Under the pieces are notes generated by a model, which saw only the letters and a list, made by a program, of their open reading frames with translations, made no database searches and was not told the DNA's origin. The position numbers and the translations under genes were made by a program. Shown here piece after piece: positions 38,598 to 48,575 of a stretch of DNA of 64,000 nt; position 1 is the first letter of the stretch, and the number at the start of each line of letters is the position of its first letter. The stretch is from an uncultured Enterobacteriaceae bacterium. GTDB taxonomy: Bacteria > Pseudomonadota > Gammaproteobacteria > Burkholderiales > SG8-39. The DNA lies in assembly GCA_964651335.1 (NCBI GenBank), contig CAZYVT010000014.1, positions 365 to 64,364 on the forward strand, read 5' to 3'.

Positions 38598-38626
38598 AGG
38601 ATAGTGGCTCTCGACAACCATGTCAA
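38598..38626 (-). promoter_or_regulatory. Sigma70-like promoter upstream of the Fe-binding protein gene
   Basis: Minus strand reads TTGACA (38626-38621), a 17-nt spacer, then TATCCT (38603-38598), about 30 nt upstream of the GTG start. An adjacent Fur-like sequence is only weak. Confidence 0.3.
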
Positions 38627-38767
38627 TAGAAATAGGAATCGTTCTCATATAGCTTGATCTGGATCAACTGGCTTGCGGCAGCAGAATTTCATCTGATGGC
38701 ACGGCGCCGCACCACGACGACGGCGCTCAAAAGGAGGGCGGGAAGGCTGCGTTTGGCGGGGATTGCG

Positions 38768-39277
38768 CTACAGGGAAGGTTCAATCCGTCGCGCGCCATT
38801 GAAGCGCTTCGCCCAGTAGGCGCCGCGCAGGCTCTCGACGCGCACGCTTGAACCGGGTTTGGGAGCATGCACGAATCTGCCTTCACCAAGGTAAATGCCG
38901 ACGTGCGAATAGGGTCGGCCCAGGGTGTCGTAGAACACCAGGTCTCCCGGCTGCAGTTCGTCGCCACGCACCGGCATCCCTGCTTCGCTCTGCGCCTGTG
39001 CGTTACGCGGCAGGCGAATGCCGTATGCTTGTTCGAAAACGTGGGCGACCAGACCGCTGCAGTCAAATCCAGTGATCGGCGAGCGTCCGCCGTCGCGGTA
39101 ATCAACGCCGAGCGCGAGCAGCGCGAGCAAAAGAGCCTCCGAGCGATCTGGCGGGGACCGTGACTCGCGCGTTGACTCCATGGGGTATTCGAGCGGTCCC
39201 GATGGTGCGGGCGTGCGCCCTGCGCAGCCAGCTAGGGCAGCACAAAAGAGCATCACATACAGAAGCTTGTGGCGCAC
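38768..39277 (-). CDS. NlpC/P60 (C40) peptidoglycan endopeptidase lipoprotein
   Basis: Lipobox LFCAALAGCAG. Catalytic Cys context GFDCSGLVAHVF. His context SHVGIYLGEGRFVHAP. Confidence 0.85.
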   Translation of the reverse strand: MRHKLLYVMLFCAALAGCAGRTPAPSGPLEYPMESTRESRSPPDRSEALLLALLALGVDYRDGGRSPITGFDCSGLVAHVFEQAYGIRLPRNAQAQSEAGMPVRGDELQPGDLVFYDTLGRPYSHVGIYLGEGRFVHAPKPGSSVRVESLRGAYWAKRFNGARRIEPSL

Positions 39278-39395
39278 AATTAAACTAATCTAGTGGAACG
39301 GCCTCGCAAAGTAAAGAATTGCTGCCTCCGGAGACGCACGTGAGCAGACCACTGCGCGTAAAGCTCAGGGAGCTGCAACACTGAAGTCGCGCACC

Positions 39396-41330
39396 TTGCA
39401 CGCGGTGACGCGTGCGTTCGCCGCGGGCGGACCTGTGGCCGCCGCGATTCCGGGCTACCGCGAGCGCGCGCAGCAGCTCGAGATGGCACGCGCGATCCTC
39501 GATGCCATCGAGCGCAACGGTACTTTCTGCGCCGAAGCGGGAACCGGAACCGGCAAGACGGTGGCGTATCTGGTGCCAGCGCTCGTAGCCGGCGGCAAAG
39601 TGATCGTCTCGACCGGCACCAAGACGTTGCAGAACCAGCTCTACGATCGCGATCTCCCGGCGCTGCGCGACGCGCTCGCCTCGGGTGCCACGACGGCGCT
39701 GCTGAAGGGGCGCGCGAACTACGTTTGCCTGTACCGGGTGAACCGTGCCCTTGCCGAAGCACGTCTCGGTTCGGCCCAGGAAGCGGCCCACCTGCGCACC
39801 ATCGCCCGGTTCGCTGCGCTGAGCTCGAGCGGCGACCGCGCCGATCTTGCCACCGTCCCCGAGGACGCGCCGGCATGGCTACACGCCACTTCGACGCGCG
39901 ACAACTGCCTCGGGCAGAACTGTCCGGATTACAGGGACTGCTTCGTGATGCGCGCCCGAAAGAACGCGCTCGCGGCCGACGTCGTGGTGATCAACCATCA
40001 CTTGTTTTTCGCCGACGTCGTGCTGCGTGACGGCGGCGTGGCCGAGCTTTTGCCGGCATGCAATACGCTCGTCTTCGACGAGGCGCATCAGCTGCCCGAG
40101 ACCGCGAGACGGTTTTTCGGGGAAAGCATATCGACCGCGCAACTGGTCGAGCTCGCACGCGACACCCGGCTCGAGCTGCGGGCCGCGGGCGGCGCGTCTC
40201 CGGAGCTTGAACGCCTGGCGCTCCGGCTCGAGCGCAGCGCGCGCGATCTGCGACTCGCGCTCGGAAGCGAGCCTGCACGGCTTGCCTGGGGGCAGGCGCT
40301 GCTGCGCGCGGAGTTTGCCGCCTCGCTCGAAGGGCTGGGCAAATCGCTCGATGCGCTGGCCGAGCCTTTGCGCGGCCAGGCGGAGCGTTCCGAAGGTCTT
40401 GCTTCCTGCGCACGCCGCGCAGAAGAAATCCGCGCAACGCTCGCGCGGCTGCAGCAAGCCGGCCCGGCAACCGAGGTGCGCTGGGTCGAAGTATTCAGTC
40501 ATGCCGCGCAATTGCGCGTCACGCCGCTCTCGTCGGCGGACCTGTTCCGCCGCCAGAGATCCGATCATCCGCGCGCCTGGATATTCACCTCGGCAACGCT
40601 TGCGGTGGGGGAGGATTTTTCGCACTTCCAGCGCGAACTCGGCATGGACGAATGCGCCTCGCGCACCTGGCCGAGCCCGTTCGACTACGAGCGCCAGGCG
40701 CTTTTATACGTGCCTCGGGGACTGCCGGCGGACCCGAATGATCCGGCCTTCACAGAGGCCGTCGTCGAGGCCGCGCTGCCGGTGCTCCGCGCGAGCGGCG
40801 GTCGCGCGTTCCTGCTCTTTACCACGCTGCGCGCGCTGCGCCGCGCCCACGAGTTGCTTGCCGAGAGACTGCAGGCCGCAGGACTCGAGCTGCCGCTGCT
40901 CGCGCAGGGCACCGGTTCTCGAATCGAGCTGCTGGAGCGCTTCCGGCGGCTGGGCAATGCGGTGCTTCTCGGTGCGGCGTCTTTCTGGGAAGGGGTGGAT
41001 GTGCGTGGCGACGCGCTTTCGGTCGTCCTGATCGACAAACTGCCGTTCGCGCCACCAGACGATCCGGTGCTCGCGGCCAGGATCGAAGCGCTTCGCGCCA
41101 GCGGCGGCAATCCGTTTCTCGAGTACCAGTTGCCGCAGGCGATCCTCACGCTGAAACAGGGCGCCGGCAGGCTCATCCGCGACGAGTCCGACCGCGGCGT
41201 GCTCGTGCTGTGCGATCCGCGCGTCTACGCCAAGGCGTACGGCAAGACCATCCTGGCAAGCCTTCCGCCGATGCGACAGACACGCGAGCGCGCCGAGGTC
41301 GAAGCCTTCCTGGCTAAAATGCCTGCATGA
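39396..41330 (+). CDS. ATP-dependent DNA helicase, DinG/YoaA family (XPD-like)
   Basis: Walker A AEAGTGTGKTVAYLVPAL, DEAH box (LVFDEAHQL), C-terminal helicase motifs (ASFWEGVD, QGAGRLIR). TTG start is uncertain by a few codons. Confidence 0.85.
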   Translation: MHAVTRAFAAGGPVAAAIPGYRERAQQLEMARAILDAIERNGTFCAEAGTGTGKTVAYLVPALVAGGKVIVSTGTKTLQNQLYDRDLPALRDALASGATTALLKGRANYVCLYRVNRALAEARLGSAQEAAHLRTIARFAALSSSGDRADLATVPEDAPAWLHATSTRDNCLGQNCPDYRDCFVMRARKNALAADVVVINHHLFFADVVLRDGGVAELLPACNTLVFDEAHQLPETARRFFGESISTAQLVELARDTRLELRAAGGASPELERLALRLERSARDLRLALGSEPARLAWGQALLRAEFAASLEGLGKSLDALAEPLRGQAERSEGLASCARRAEEIRATLARLQQAGPATEVRWVEVFSHAAQLRVTPLSSADLFRRQRSDHPRAWIFTSATLAVGEDFSHFQRELGMDECASRTWPSPFDYERQALLYVPRGLPADPNDPAFTEAVVEAALPVLRASGGRAFLLFTTLRALRRAHELLAERLQAAGLELPLLAQGTGSRIELLERFRRLGNAVLLGAASFWEGVDVRGDALSVVLIDKLPFAPPDDPVLAARIEALRASGGNPFLEYQLPQAILTLKQGAGRLIRDESDRGVLVLCDPRVYAKAYGKTILASLPPMRQTRERAEVEAFLAKMPA

Positions 41331-42310
41331 GAGTCGTTGTCACCGGAGGCGGCGGATTCCTCGGATACAAACTCGCCAAGGCGTTGCTCGCGCGGGGGAA
41401 ACTGACCGGGCCGGAGGGCGTGGTCCAGGACATCTCGCGGATCGTGCTGCTCGACGCGATGTTTCCTCCGAAAATGTCGATCGATCCGCGGCTCGAGACC
41501 GTGACGGGGGATGTCTCCGACGCGGCCACGATCGCCCGCGTGGTGACGCCCGACACCGCGTCCCTGTTTCACCTCGCGGCGGTGGTCAGCGGCGCGGCGG
41601 AGGCGAATTTCGATCTCGGCATGCGCGTCAACCTCGAAGGAACGCAGCTGCTGCTCGGGCGGCTGCGCCGCTGCACGCAGCCGCCGCGCGTGGTGTTCGC
41701 GAGCTCGGTTGCGGCGTTCGGCGGCGATCTTCCGGCCGAACTCGACGACTCGACCACGCCGAATCCCCAGACTTCCTACGGCACTCAGAAGGTGATCTGC
41801 GAATACCTGGTGTCGGACTGCTCGCGCAAAGGTTTCATCGACGGCCGGTCGTTGCGCCTGCCGACGATCGTGGTGCGCGCAGGCGCGCCGAACGCTGCGG
41901 CCTCCTCGTTTGCGAGCGGCATCATCCGCGAGCCGCTCGACGGGGTGGCGAGCGCATGCCCCGTGGGGCCGGAAACCGGCGTCTGGCTGCTGTCGCCGAG
42001 GCGTGTGATCGAGGCGTTCGTGCACGCGCACGAACTGCCCGCCCCGGTCTGGGGTCACGACCGCGTGGTCAACCTTCCCGGCGTCACCGTGAGCGTCGCG
42101 CAGATGCTGGAGGCGCTCGCGCGCGTGGCCGGCGCGCAGGTCGCGAATCGGGTTGGCTGGACGCCCGACGAACGCATCCGCGCCATCGTGAAAACCTGGC
42201 CGGCGCGATTCCGGACGCCGCGCGCGTTGGCGATGGGTTTCCAGCCGGATCCGGACATCGACACGGTCATCCGCAATTACATCGCGGACGAACAGATCAA
42301 GATCGCGTGA
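41327..42310 (+). CDS. NAD-dependent epimerase/dehydratase family SDR (D-erythronate dehydrogenase DenD-like)
   Basis: MRVVVTGGGGFLGYKLA is the Rossmann GxxGxxG. YGTQK is the YxxxK catalytic motif. ATGA overlap with the helicase stop. Confidence 0.7.
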   Translation: MRVVVTGGGGFLGYKLAKALLARGKLTGPEGVVQDISRIVLLDAMFPPKMSIDPRLETVTGDVSDAATIARVVTPDTASLFHLAAVVSGAAEANFDLGMRVNLEGTQLLLGRLRRCTQPPRVVFASSVAAFGGDLPAELDDSTTPNPQTSYGTQKVICEYLVSDCSRKGFIDGRSLRLPTIVVRAGAPNAAASSFASGIIREPLDGVASACPVGPETGVWLLSPRRVIEAFVHAHELPAPVWGHDRVVNLPGVTVSVAQMLEALARVAGAQVANRVGWTPDERIRAIVKTWPARFRTPRALAMGFQPDPDIDTVIRNYIADEQIKIA

Positions 42311-43114
42311 TCACCAGTCCGGGTCCCAGAGCTTCCACCACGGGGCGTCGCGCTTGAAGCCTTTTGCCTTGAAGTACCTGCTCTCGGGGAAGTTCTTGCG
42401 CATGACACGATCGGCGGCGTCCCGCAGGTCGTCCATTCCCAACGCGTCGTACGCCTTTACCATGATGAAAACCGCTTCCTCGATCGCGGGCGCGCGGGGG
42501 TAGTTCTGCACGGCGAACTGGGCGCGATTCGCCGCTGCGACGTACGCCCCGCGCCTCATGTAGTAGCGCGCGACGTGCACCTCGTTCTGTGCCAGCGAGT
42601 TCACCAGAAAGTGCATGCGCGCGGCCGAATCCTCCGCATACTTCGAGTCCGGAAACCGCGTCACGACCTCCTTGAACGCCTCGAACGCATCGCGCGAGGC
42701 TTTCGGGTCGCGCTCGGTCATGTCGGGACTGTCGAATACGGCAAACAACCCCTGGTTTTCATTGAAGTTGACCAGCCCTTTCAGATAATGCGCATAGTCG
42801 ACGTTGGAGTGATTCGGATAGAGCTTGATGAAGCGGTCGGCGGCGGCGATCGAAGAGGCGCGCTCGCCACTCTTCCAGTACGCATAGGCGACGTCGAGCT
42901 GCGCCTGCTGGGCATAGCGGCCGAAGGGATACCGCGCCTCCAGCTTCTCCAGATACTTGATCGCTTTTTCCCAGTTCCTCGAGGCCATCTCGTCCTTGGC
43001 CTCGCCGTAGAGTTTTTGCGCCGACCAGGCCGAGGTCTCGTCCTTCTCGGTCGACGTCAACGCGCAGCCGCCCGCCACGACGAGGGCGAGCAGGACAAGT
43101 ACACTGATTCTCAT
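42311..43114 (-). CDS. bamD: Outer membrane protein assembly factor BamD
   Basis: Lipoprotein signal MRISVLVLLALVVAGGCA, TPR-like repeats (LEARYPFGRYAQQAQLDVAYAYWKSGE), and the conserved divergent position next to rluD. Confidence 0.9.
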   Translation of the reverse strand: MRISVLVLLALVVAGGCALTSTEKDETSAWSAQKLYGEAKDEMASRNWEKAIKYLEKLEARYPFGRYAQQAQLDVAYAYWKSGERASSIAAADRFIKLYPNHSNVDYAHYLKGLVNFNENQGLFAVFDSPDMTERDPKASRDAFEAFKEVVTRFPDSKYAEDSAARMHFLVNSLAQNEVHVARYYMRRGAYVAAANRAQFAVQNYPRAPAIEEAVFIMVKAYDALGMDDLRDAADRVMRKNFPESRYFKAKGFKRDAPWWKLWDPDW

Positions 43115-44072
43115 GGCGAAGGATTATAGCGCCGCGGTCGAGAGCAACTGGGAGGACGCGTTCGTGGCGCCGATGTCGGCGCAGGTGCCGCAGGCGCTGT
43201 GCGGTCTTCGGCTGGACCAGGCGCTCGCGCGCATGTTCCCGCAATACTCGCGCAACCGCCTCCAGGCGTGGCTCCGCTCCGGTCATATCCGCATCGATGG
43301 AGCGCGTTCCGAGCCGCGGCGGCTGGTCGCGGGGGGCGAGAGAATCGATCTTGCGCCGCCGCGTGCGCCTGACGTCGCAACGCCTGCCGCGCAGCGCATG
43401 CCGCTTGCGGTCGTGTTCGAGGACCGCGATCTGATCGTCATCGACAAACCGCCCGGCCTGGTAGTTCATCCGGGCGCAGGCGTTCCGGACCGCACGCTTC
43501 TCAACGCGTTGCTTGCACATGCTCCGGAACTCGCTGCGGTGCCGCGCGCGGGAATCGTGCACCGGCTCGACAAGGACACGAGCGGTCTGCTCGTGGTGGC
43601 GAAGAATGTGAGTGCGCAGGCGAAACTCGCGGAACAGCTCGCCACGCGGGCCGTGCACCGCGTCTATCTTGCGCTGGTGCACGGCGATCCGCCGGCAAGC
43701 GGCGTAATCGACGCGCCGGTGGGCCGCGATGCACGCGCCCGAACCAGGATGACGGTGACGCGCCGCGGCAAGGACGCACGCACGCGCTACCGCGTACTCG
43801 AGCGCTTCGGCCACGCCGCGCTCGTCGAGTGCAGGCTCGAGACCGGCCGCACGCATCAGATCCGCGTGCACCTCCAGTTCATCCGGCACCCGCTGGTCGG
43901 CGAACCGGTGTACCGGCGCGGCACGCGTCACGGCGTCTCCTTCGCACGCCAGGCGCTGCATGCTGTGGAACTGGAGCTGGTGCATCCGCGCACGGGAAAG
44001 AAGATGTCCTGGCGCTCGCCCGTGCCCCCGGACATGGCGGCACTGCTGGAGCGCCTGCGCCATGGTTCCTGA
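43113..44072 (+). CDS. rluD: 23S rRNA pseudouridine synthase RluD
   Basis: S4 domain (LRLDQALARMFPQYSRNRLQAWL). Catalytic HRLDKDTSGLLVVAK. Collinear with E. coli RluD. The ATG at 43113 overlaps the bamD start by 2 nt; an alternative start is ATG 43173 (MSAQVPQ). Confidence 0.9.
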   Translation: MAKDYSAAVESNWEDAFVAPMSAQVPQALCGLRLDQALARMFPQYSRNRLQAWLRSGHIRIDGARSEPRRLVAGGERIDLAPPRAPDVATPAAQRMPLAVVFEDRDLIVIDKPPGLVVHPGAGVPDRTLLNALLAHAPELAAVPRAGIVHRLDKDTSGLLVVAKNVSAQAKLAEQLATRAVHRVYLALVHGDPPASGVIDAPVGRDARARTRMTVTRRGKDARTRYRVLERFGHAALVECRLETGRTHQIRVHLQFIRHPLVGEPVYRRGTRHGVSFARQALHAVELELVHPRTGKKMSWRSPVPPDMAALLERLRHGS

Positions 44073-44748
44073 GGCAATCATTCCCGAGTGGCCTGCACCG
44101 CCCGGAGTGCGCGCGCTCGTGTCTACGCGCCTGCTGGGAGACATGCGCAGCGGCGCGCCGGGACGCGAGCGGCTGCGGACGCTCTTGCCCTCTCAGCCGC
44201 TGTGGCTGCGCCAGGTTCACGGCATCACGGTGGTACACGCGGACGGAATGCAGCCTTTCGGCGCCGAGCCCGAGGCCGATGCGGCCGTAGTGCGCAACCG
44301 CGGCACGGTGTGCGCCATCCTGGTTGCGGATTGCATGCCGGTTCTGCTCGCAAGCGAATCGGGGGAGGTGATCGGACTGGCACACGCGGGATGGCGCGGT
44401 CTGGCGGCGGGAGTGATCGAAGCGACGCTGCAGGCGATGCGCGTATCCCCGCGGCGCGTGATGGCGTGGCTGGGTCCGGCGATCGGGCCGCAGGTGTACG
44501 AAGTCGGCGACGAAGTGCGCGCGGTTTTTCTCGAGCGCGACGGCACGGCGCACTCGGCATTCCGTCCGGTGCGGCACGGACATTGGCTGCTCGACCTGTA
44601 TGCCGTCGCACGCCAGCGCCTTGCGCGCACCGGGGTTGCGCAGGTATTCGGCGGAACGTTTTGCACCTATTCCGACCGCGAGCGATTCTTCTCCTTCCGG
44701 CGCGACCGGGCCAGCGAGCGCATCGCCGCGCTCGCTTGGATCGAGTGA
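44062..44748 (+). CDS. pgeF: Peptidoglycan editing factor PgeF (YfiH, purine nucleoside phosphorylase/laccase-domain family)
   Basis: LRQVHGITVV, ADAAVV...VADCMPVLL, GLAHAGWRG, and the conserved position after rluD. It overlaps the rluD end by 11 nt. Confidence 0.85.
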   Translation: MVPEAIIPEWPAPPGVRALVSTRLLGDMRSGAPGRERLRTLLPSQPLWLRQVHGITVVHADGMQPFGAEPEADAAVVRNRGTVCAILVADCMPVLLASESGEVIGLAHAGWRGLAAGVIEATLQAMRVSPRRVMAWLGPAIGPQVYEVGDEVRAVFLERDGTAHSAFRPVRHGHWLLDLYAVARQRLARTGVAQVFGGTFCTYSDRERFFSFRRDRASERIAALAWIE

Positions 44749-44769
44749 GCCGGCGCGTACAATGGATCC

Positions 44770-45537
44770 ATGACGCTCGGATGGATCGTTGCGGCAAGCG
44801 TGGCCGGCGGAACCCTGTCCGCGGGCGCGGCGGCGTTCGCGCTGCTGCTGCGCGCCTCCTGGGTGCCGATGCTCGTTTCCTTCGCGATCGGCGCGCTGCT
44901 CGGCGCCGCGTTCCTCGAAGTCATTCCGCACGCTTTCGAGCAGGGCAATCCGCACCAGGCCGCGGCGGCGATCCTCGGTGGAATCTTCGGCTTTTTCGTG
45001 CTCGAAAAGCTGCTGCTGTGGCGTCACTGCCACACCGAGAACTGCGAAGTGCACGACCAGCATGCTTTGCCGCACGACCAAGGCCGCAGCGGAATGATGA
45101 TCGTGGTGGGCGATACGGTGCACAACTTTGTCGACGGCGTCCTGATCGCGGCGGCATTCCTGCAAAGCACGCAGCTCGGGGTGATCACCGCGGTTGCGAT
45201 CGTCGCGCACGAGATCCCGCAGGAGGTGGGGGACTTCCTGATCCTGCTTCATTCGGGCTACTCGAAGGCGCGGGCGCTCGCGCTCAACCTGCTGTCTTCG
45301 ACCGCGACGCTGTTCGGCGGAGTGCTCGGTTTTTTTGCGCTGCAGGCGCTGCAGAGTTGGGAGCCGGTGCTGCTCGGCATCGTGGCCGCGAGCATGATCT
45401 ACGTGGCGGTCGCCGACCTCATTCCCGGCCTGCACCGGCAGCCCGAGTTGCGCGATACGGCCCAGCAGGCGACGTTGATGGCGCTTGGCATCGCAACGAT
45501 CGCTCTGGTGCGGGTGCTGATCGATGCAAGCCACTGA
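44770..45537 (+). CDS. ZIP-family divalent metal transporter (ZupT-like)
   Basis: HNFVDGVLIAAAF and HEIPQEVGDFLIL metal-binding helices, plus a His-rich loop (HCHTENCEVHDQH). Confidence 0.85.
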   Translation: MTLGWIVAASVAGGTLSAGAAAFALLLRASWVPMLVSFAIGALLGAAFLEVIPHAFEQGNPHQAAAAILGGIFGFFVLEKLLLWRHCHTENCEVHDQHALPHDQGRSGMMIVVGDTVHNFVDGVLIAAAFLQSTQLGVITAVAIVAHEIPQEVGDFLILLHSGYSKARALALNLLSSTATLFGGVLGFFALQALQSWEPVLLGIVAASMIYVAVADLIPGLHRQPELRDTAQQATLMALGIATIALVRVLIDASH

Positions 45538-45602
45538 AAACCGCTTTGCGATCAGCAGGTTGAGGCCTAGCAGGGGAGGCGCGCCCGACTCCATTTGACG
45601 GC

Positions 45603-47372
45603 ATGGATTGTGCGTTGCAAAATGCGCCCTCCATGGCAGCGCAGCACGCATCTCCCGAAGCCTTGGTCCAATCCATCGCGGCAGCCCGTAATCAAGTGAT
45701 TGACGGCTGGATGCCGCTCGCCGCGGGGCCGCAGGCGCCAGTCGCCGCCTCGTGGATGAACGAACTGATGGGCGACGCGACGAATTTTGCTGCGCAGCAA
45801 GCCTTCTATGTCGAGCAGCAGACGCGCCTCTGGGGCTCGATCCTTGCAGGCGAGCCGGAAGCCGTAGCCAAGCCCGAGCCAGGCGACCGGCGCTTCGCCG
45901 CGAAAGAGTGGCGGGAGAACCCGTACTTCGACTACCTCAAGCAGTCCTATCTCATCGCTTCGCGCTTTCTGGTCGATCTTGTCGAGAGCGCGGCTCTCGA
46001 CGGGGCGGAGAAGGAGCGGCTGCGCTTCGCGGTGAAGCAGTGGATCGACGCAATGTGTCCGACCAACTTCGCCGCCACCAACCCGCAGGCGATTCGCCAG
46101 GCACTCGAAACGCGCGGCGAGAGTTTCGCCCACGGGCTCGCCAATCTGATCGCAGACTCGCACAAGGGCCGTATCAGCCAGACCGACGAGTCGGCGTTCG
46201 AGGTCGGGCGCAACATCGTGATCACTCCAGGCGACGTGGTGTACGAGAACGAGCTGGCGCAACTGATCCAGTACGCGCCCGCAACGGAGCAGGTCGGCGC
46301 GCGGCCTCTGGTGATGGTGCCGCCCTGCATCAACAAGTACTACATCCTCGACCTGCAGCGCGAGAACTCCTTCGTGCGCCACGCAGTCGAGCAGGGCCAT
46401 ACGGTATTCATGGTGTCCTGGCGCAACGTCGGGCCGGAGCAGGGCCATTACGGCTGGGACGATTATCTGCGGCTCGGGATCTTCGAGCCGTTTCGCGTCG
46501 CGCGAGAGATCACCGGGGCCGACCGCGTCAATGCGCTTGGCTTCTGCGTCGGCGGCACGCTGCTGGGCGCCGCGCTCGCGGTCCTCGCGGCAAACGGTGA
46601 TGACACCGTCGGGTGTGTTACTTACCTCACGACGATGCTCGATTTCGCCGAGCCGGGGCAGATCGGCGTGTTCGTCGACGAGCCAAGCATCGCCGCGCGC
46701 GAATCCACGATCGGCCAGGGCGGCATCCTGCCCGGGTCCGACCTTGCGTTCGTCTTTTCGGCGCTGCGCGCGAACGACCTGGTCTGGCCGTACGTGGTGA
46801 ACAATTACCTGATGGGCGGCTCGCCGGCCGCTTTCGACCTGCTGTACTGGAATGCCGACAGCACCAACCTCCCGGGACCGATGTATTGCTATTACGTGCG
46901 CAATACGTACCTCGAGAACAGGTTGCGCGTGCCCGGCGCGCTGACGAATTGCGGCGTTCCCGTGGACCTCGGCAAAGTCGATCGGCCAGCCTTCATTCTT
47001 GCAACGCGCGAGGACCACATCGTGCCGTGGCGCGCGGCTTACCGTTCGCTCGCGCTGCTCGGAGGAGCGAAAAAGTTCGTGCTGGGCGCAAGCGGTCACA
47101 TCGCCGGCGTGGTCAATCCCGCGGCAAAGAACCGCCGCAGCTACTGGGTCGGCGAGCCGTATCCGGATGATCCCGACGCATGGCTCGCGGCCGCCGAGGA
47201 ACGCCCGGGGAGCTGGTGGTCCGTGTGGTCGAAGTGGCTGGAAGGATTCAAAGGCGGCACACGGCGCGCGCCGGAAACAGCAGGCAGCGCGAAGCACGCA
47301 GCGATCGAGCCGGCGCCCGGTCGCTATGTCAAGCAGAAGGCGAACCCGGAGGAGTCATGGACGAAATCGTAA
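45603..47372 (+). CDS. phaC: Class I poly(R)-hydroxyalkanoate synthase PhaC
   Basis: Lipase-box variant GFCVGGT, plus [23 protein letters not shown] and [10 protein letters not shown]. 589 aa (start uncertain, no clear Shine-Dalgarno). Confidence 0.9.
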   Translation: MDCALQNAPSMAAQHASPEALVQSIAAARNQVIDGWMPLAAGPQAPVAASWMNELMGDATNFAAQQAFYVEQQTRLWGSILAGEPEAVAKPEPGDRRFAAKEWRENPYFDYLKQSYLIASRFLVDLVESAALDGAEKERLRFAVKQWIDAMCPTNFAATNPQAIRQALETRGESFAHGLANLIADSHKGRISQTDESAFEVGRNIVITPGDVVYENELAQLIQYAPATEQVGARPLVMVPPCINKYYILDLQRENSFVRHAVEQGHTVFMVSWRNVGPEQGHYGWDDYLRLGIFEPFRVAREITGADRVNALGFCVGGTLLGAALAVLAANGDDTVGCVTYLTTMLDFAEPGQIGVFVDEPSIAARESTIGQGGILPGSDLAFVFSALRANDLVWPYVVNNYLMGGSPAAFDLLYWNADSTNLPGPMYCYYVRNTYLENRLRVPGALTNCGVPVDLGKVDRPAFILATREDHIVPWRAAYRSLALLGGAKKFVLGASGHIAGVVNPAAKNRRSYWVGEPYPDDPDAWLAAAEERPGSWWSVWSKWLEGFKGGTRRAPETAGSAKHAAIEPAPGRYVKQKANPEESWTKS

Positions 47373-48532
47373 TCGTCGGTGCAGCGCGCACCGCAATCGG
47401 CAAGTTCGGCGGCACGCTCGCCAAGGTACCGGCGGCGGACCTCGGCGCGCATATCATTCGCAAGGTACTCGAGCGCGCGGGAGTAAAGCCCGATCAGGTT
47501 TCCGAAGTCATCATGGGCCAGGTGCTCGCCGCCGGTGTCGGGCAGAATCCTGCGCGCCAGGCAGCCATCCGGGCCGGGCTTCCAGACATGATCCCCGCGA
47601 TGACGATCAACAAAGTGTGCGGCTCTGGGCTCAAGGCTGCGATGCTCGGGGCGCAATCGATCGCCAACGGCGATGCCGATATCGTGGTGGCGGGCGGTCA
47701 GGAATCGATGAGCCTCGCCCCGCATGTGCTGATGGGCTCGCGCGACGGCTTCCGGATGGGCGACGCGAAAATGGTCGATTCGATGATCGTCGACGGCCTG
47801 TGGGACGTGTACAACCAGTACCACATGGGCGTTACCGCCGAAAACGTCGCGAAGGAATATGCGGTGACGCGAGAAGAGCAGGATGAGTTCGCCGTGGCAT
47901 CGCAGAACAAGACGGAATCCGCGCAAAAGGCGGGCAGGTTCAGGGACGAGATCGTTCCCTACGAGGTGCCATCGAGGAAGGGGCCGATCAGCTTTGCCGA
48001 CGACGAGTACCCGCGCCACGGGGCAACGCTTGAGGCGATGAAGAGCCTCAAGCCCGCATTCGACAAGGCGGGCACGGTCACTGCGGGAAATGCTTCCGGA
48101 ATCAACGACGGCGCCGCCGCTGTGGTGCTCGCTTCCGCGAACAAGGCGAGGGAGCTGGGCCTCAAACCGCTGGCGAGGATCCGCGCGTTCGCTTCCGCGG
48201 GGGTGGACCCGAAATACATGGGCATGGGCCCGGTGCCGGCCTCCAAGCGTTGCCTTTCCCGCGCCGGCTGGTCGCCGAAGGATCTCGATTTGATGGAGAT
48301 CAACGAAGCTTTCGCGGCGCAGGCCATAGCTGTCAACCGTCAGATGGGCTGGGACACGGGGAAAGTGAACGTCAACGGCGGCGCGATCGCACTGGGGCAC
48401 CCGATCGGCGCATCGGGCTGCAGAATCCTGGTGACGCTGCTGCACGAGATGCGGAAGCGAGACGCGAAGAAGGGCCTCGCGTCGCTCTGCATCGGCGGCG
48501 GGATGGGCGTTGCCATGGCCGTGGAATGCTGA
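47357..48532 (+). CDS. phaA: Acetyl-CoA C-acetyltransferase (beta-ketothiolase PhaA)
   Basis: [19 protein letters not shown], active-site [42 protein letters not shown] Shine-Dalgarno precedes ATG 47357. It overlaps the phaC end by 16 nt. Confidence 0.9.
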   Translation: MDEIVIVGAARTAIGKFGGTLAKVPAADLGAHIIRKVLERAGVKPDQVSEVIMGQVLAAGVGQNPARQAAIRAGLPDMIPAMTINKVCGSGLKAAMLGAQSIANGDADIVVAGGQESMSLAPHVLMGSRDGFRMGDAKMVDSMIVDGLWDVYNQYHMGVTAENVAKEYAVTREEQDEFAVASQNKTESAQKAGRFRDEIVPYEVPSRKGPISFADDEYPRHGATLEAMKSLKPAFDKAGTVTAGNASGINDGAAAVVLASANKARELGLKPLARIRAFASAGVDPKYMGMGPVPASKRCLSRAGWSPKDLDLMEINEAFAAQAIAVNRQMGWDTGKVNVNGGAIALGHPIGASGCRILVTLLHEMRKRDAKKGLASLCIGGGMGVAMAVEC

Positions 48533-48575
48533 CATCCCGGCGCTCGAGCGCGAACCATTACAGGGAGAAGAATAA

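Noticed and set aside
38627-38650. Fur box upstream of the Fe-binding protein gene
   Set aside because: The best hand alignment to the 19-bp consensus gives only about 9-10 matches, which is too weak to call.
39278-39395. LexA/SOS box in front of the DinG-family helicase
   Set aside because: There is no CTGT-N8-ACAG match. The closest, ctgcgcgtaaagctca, misses key positions.
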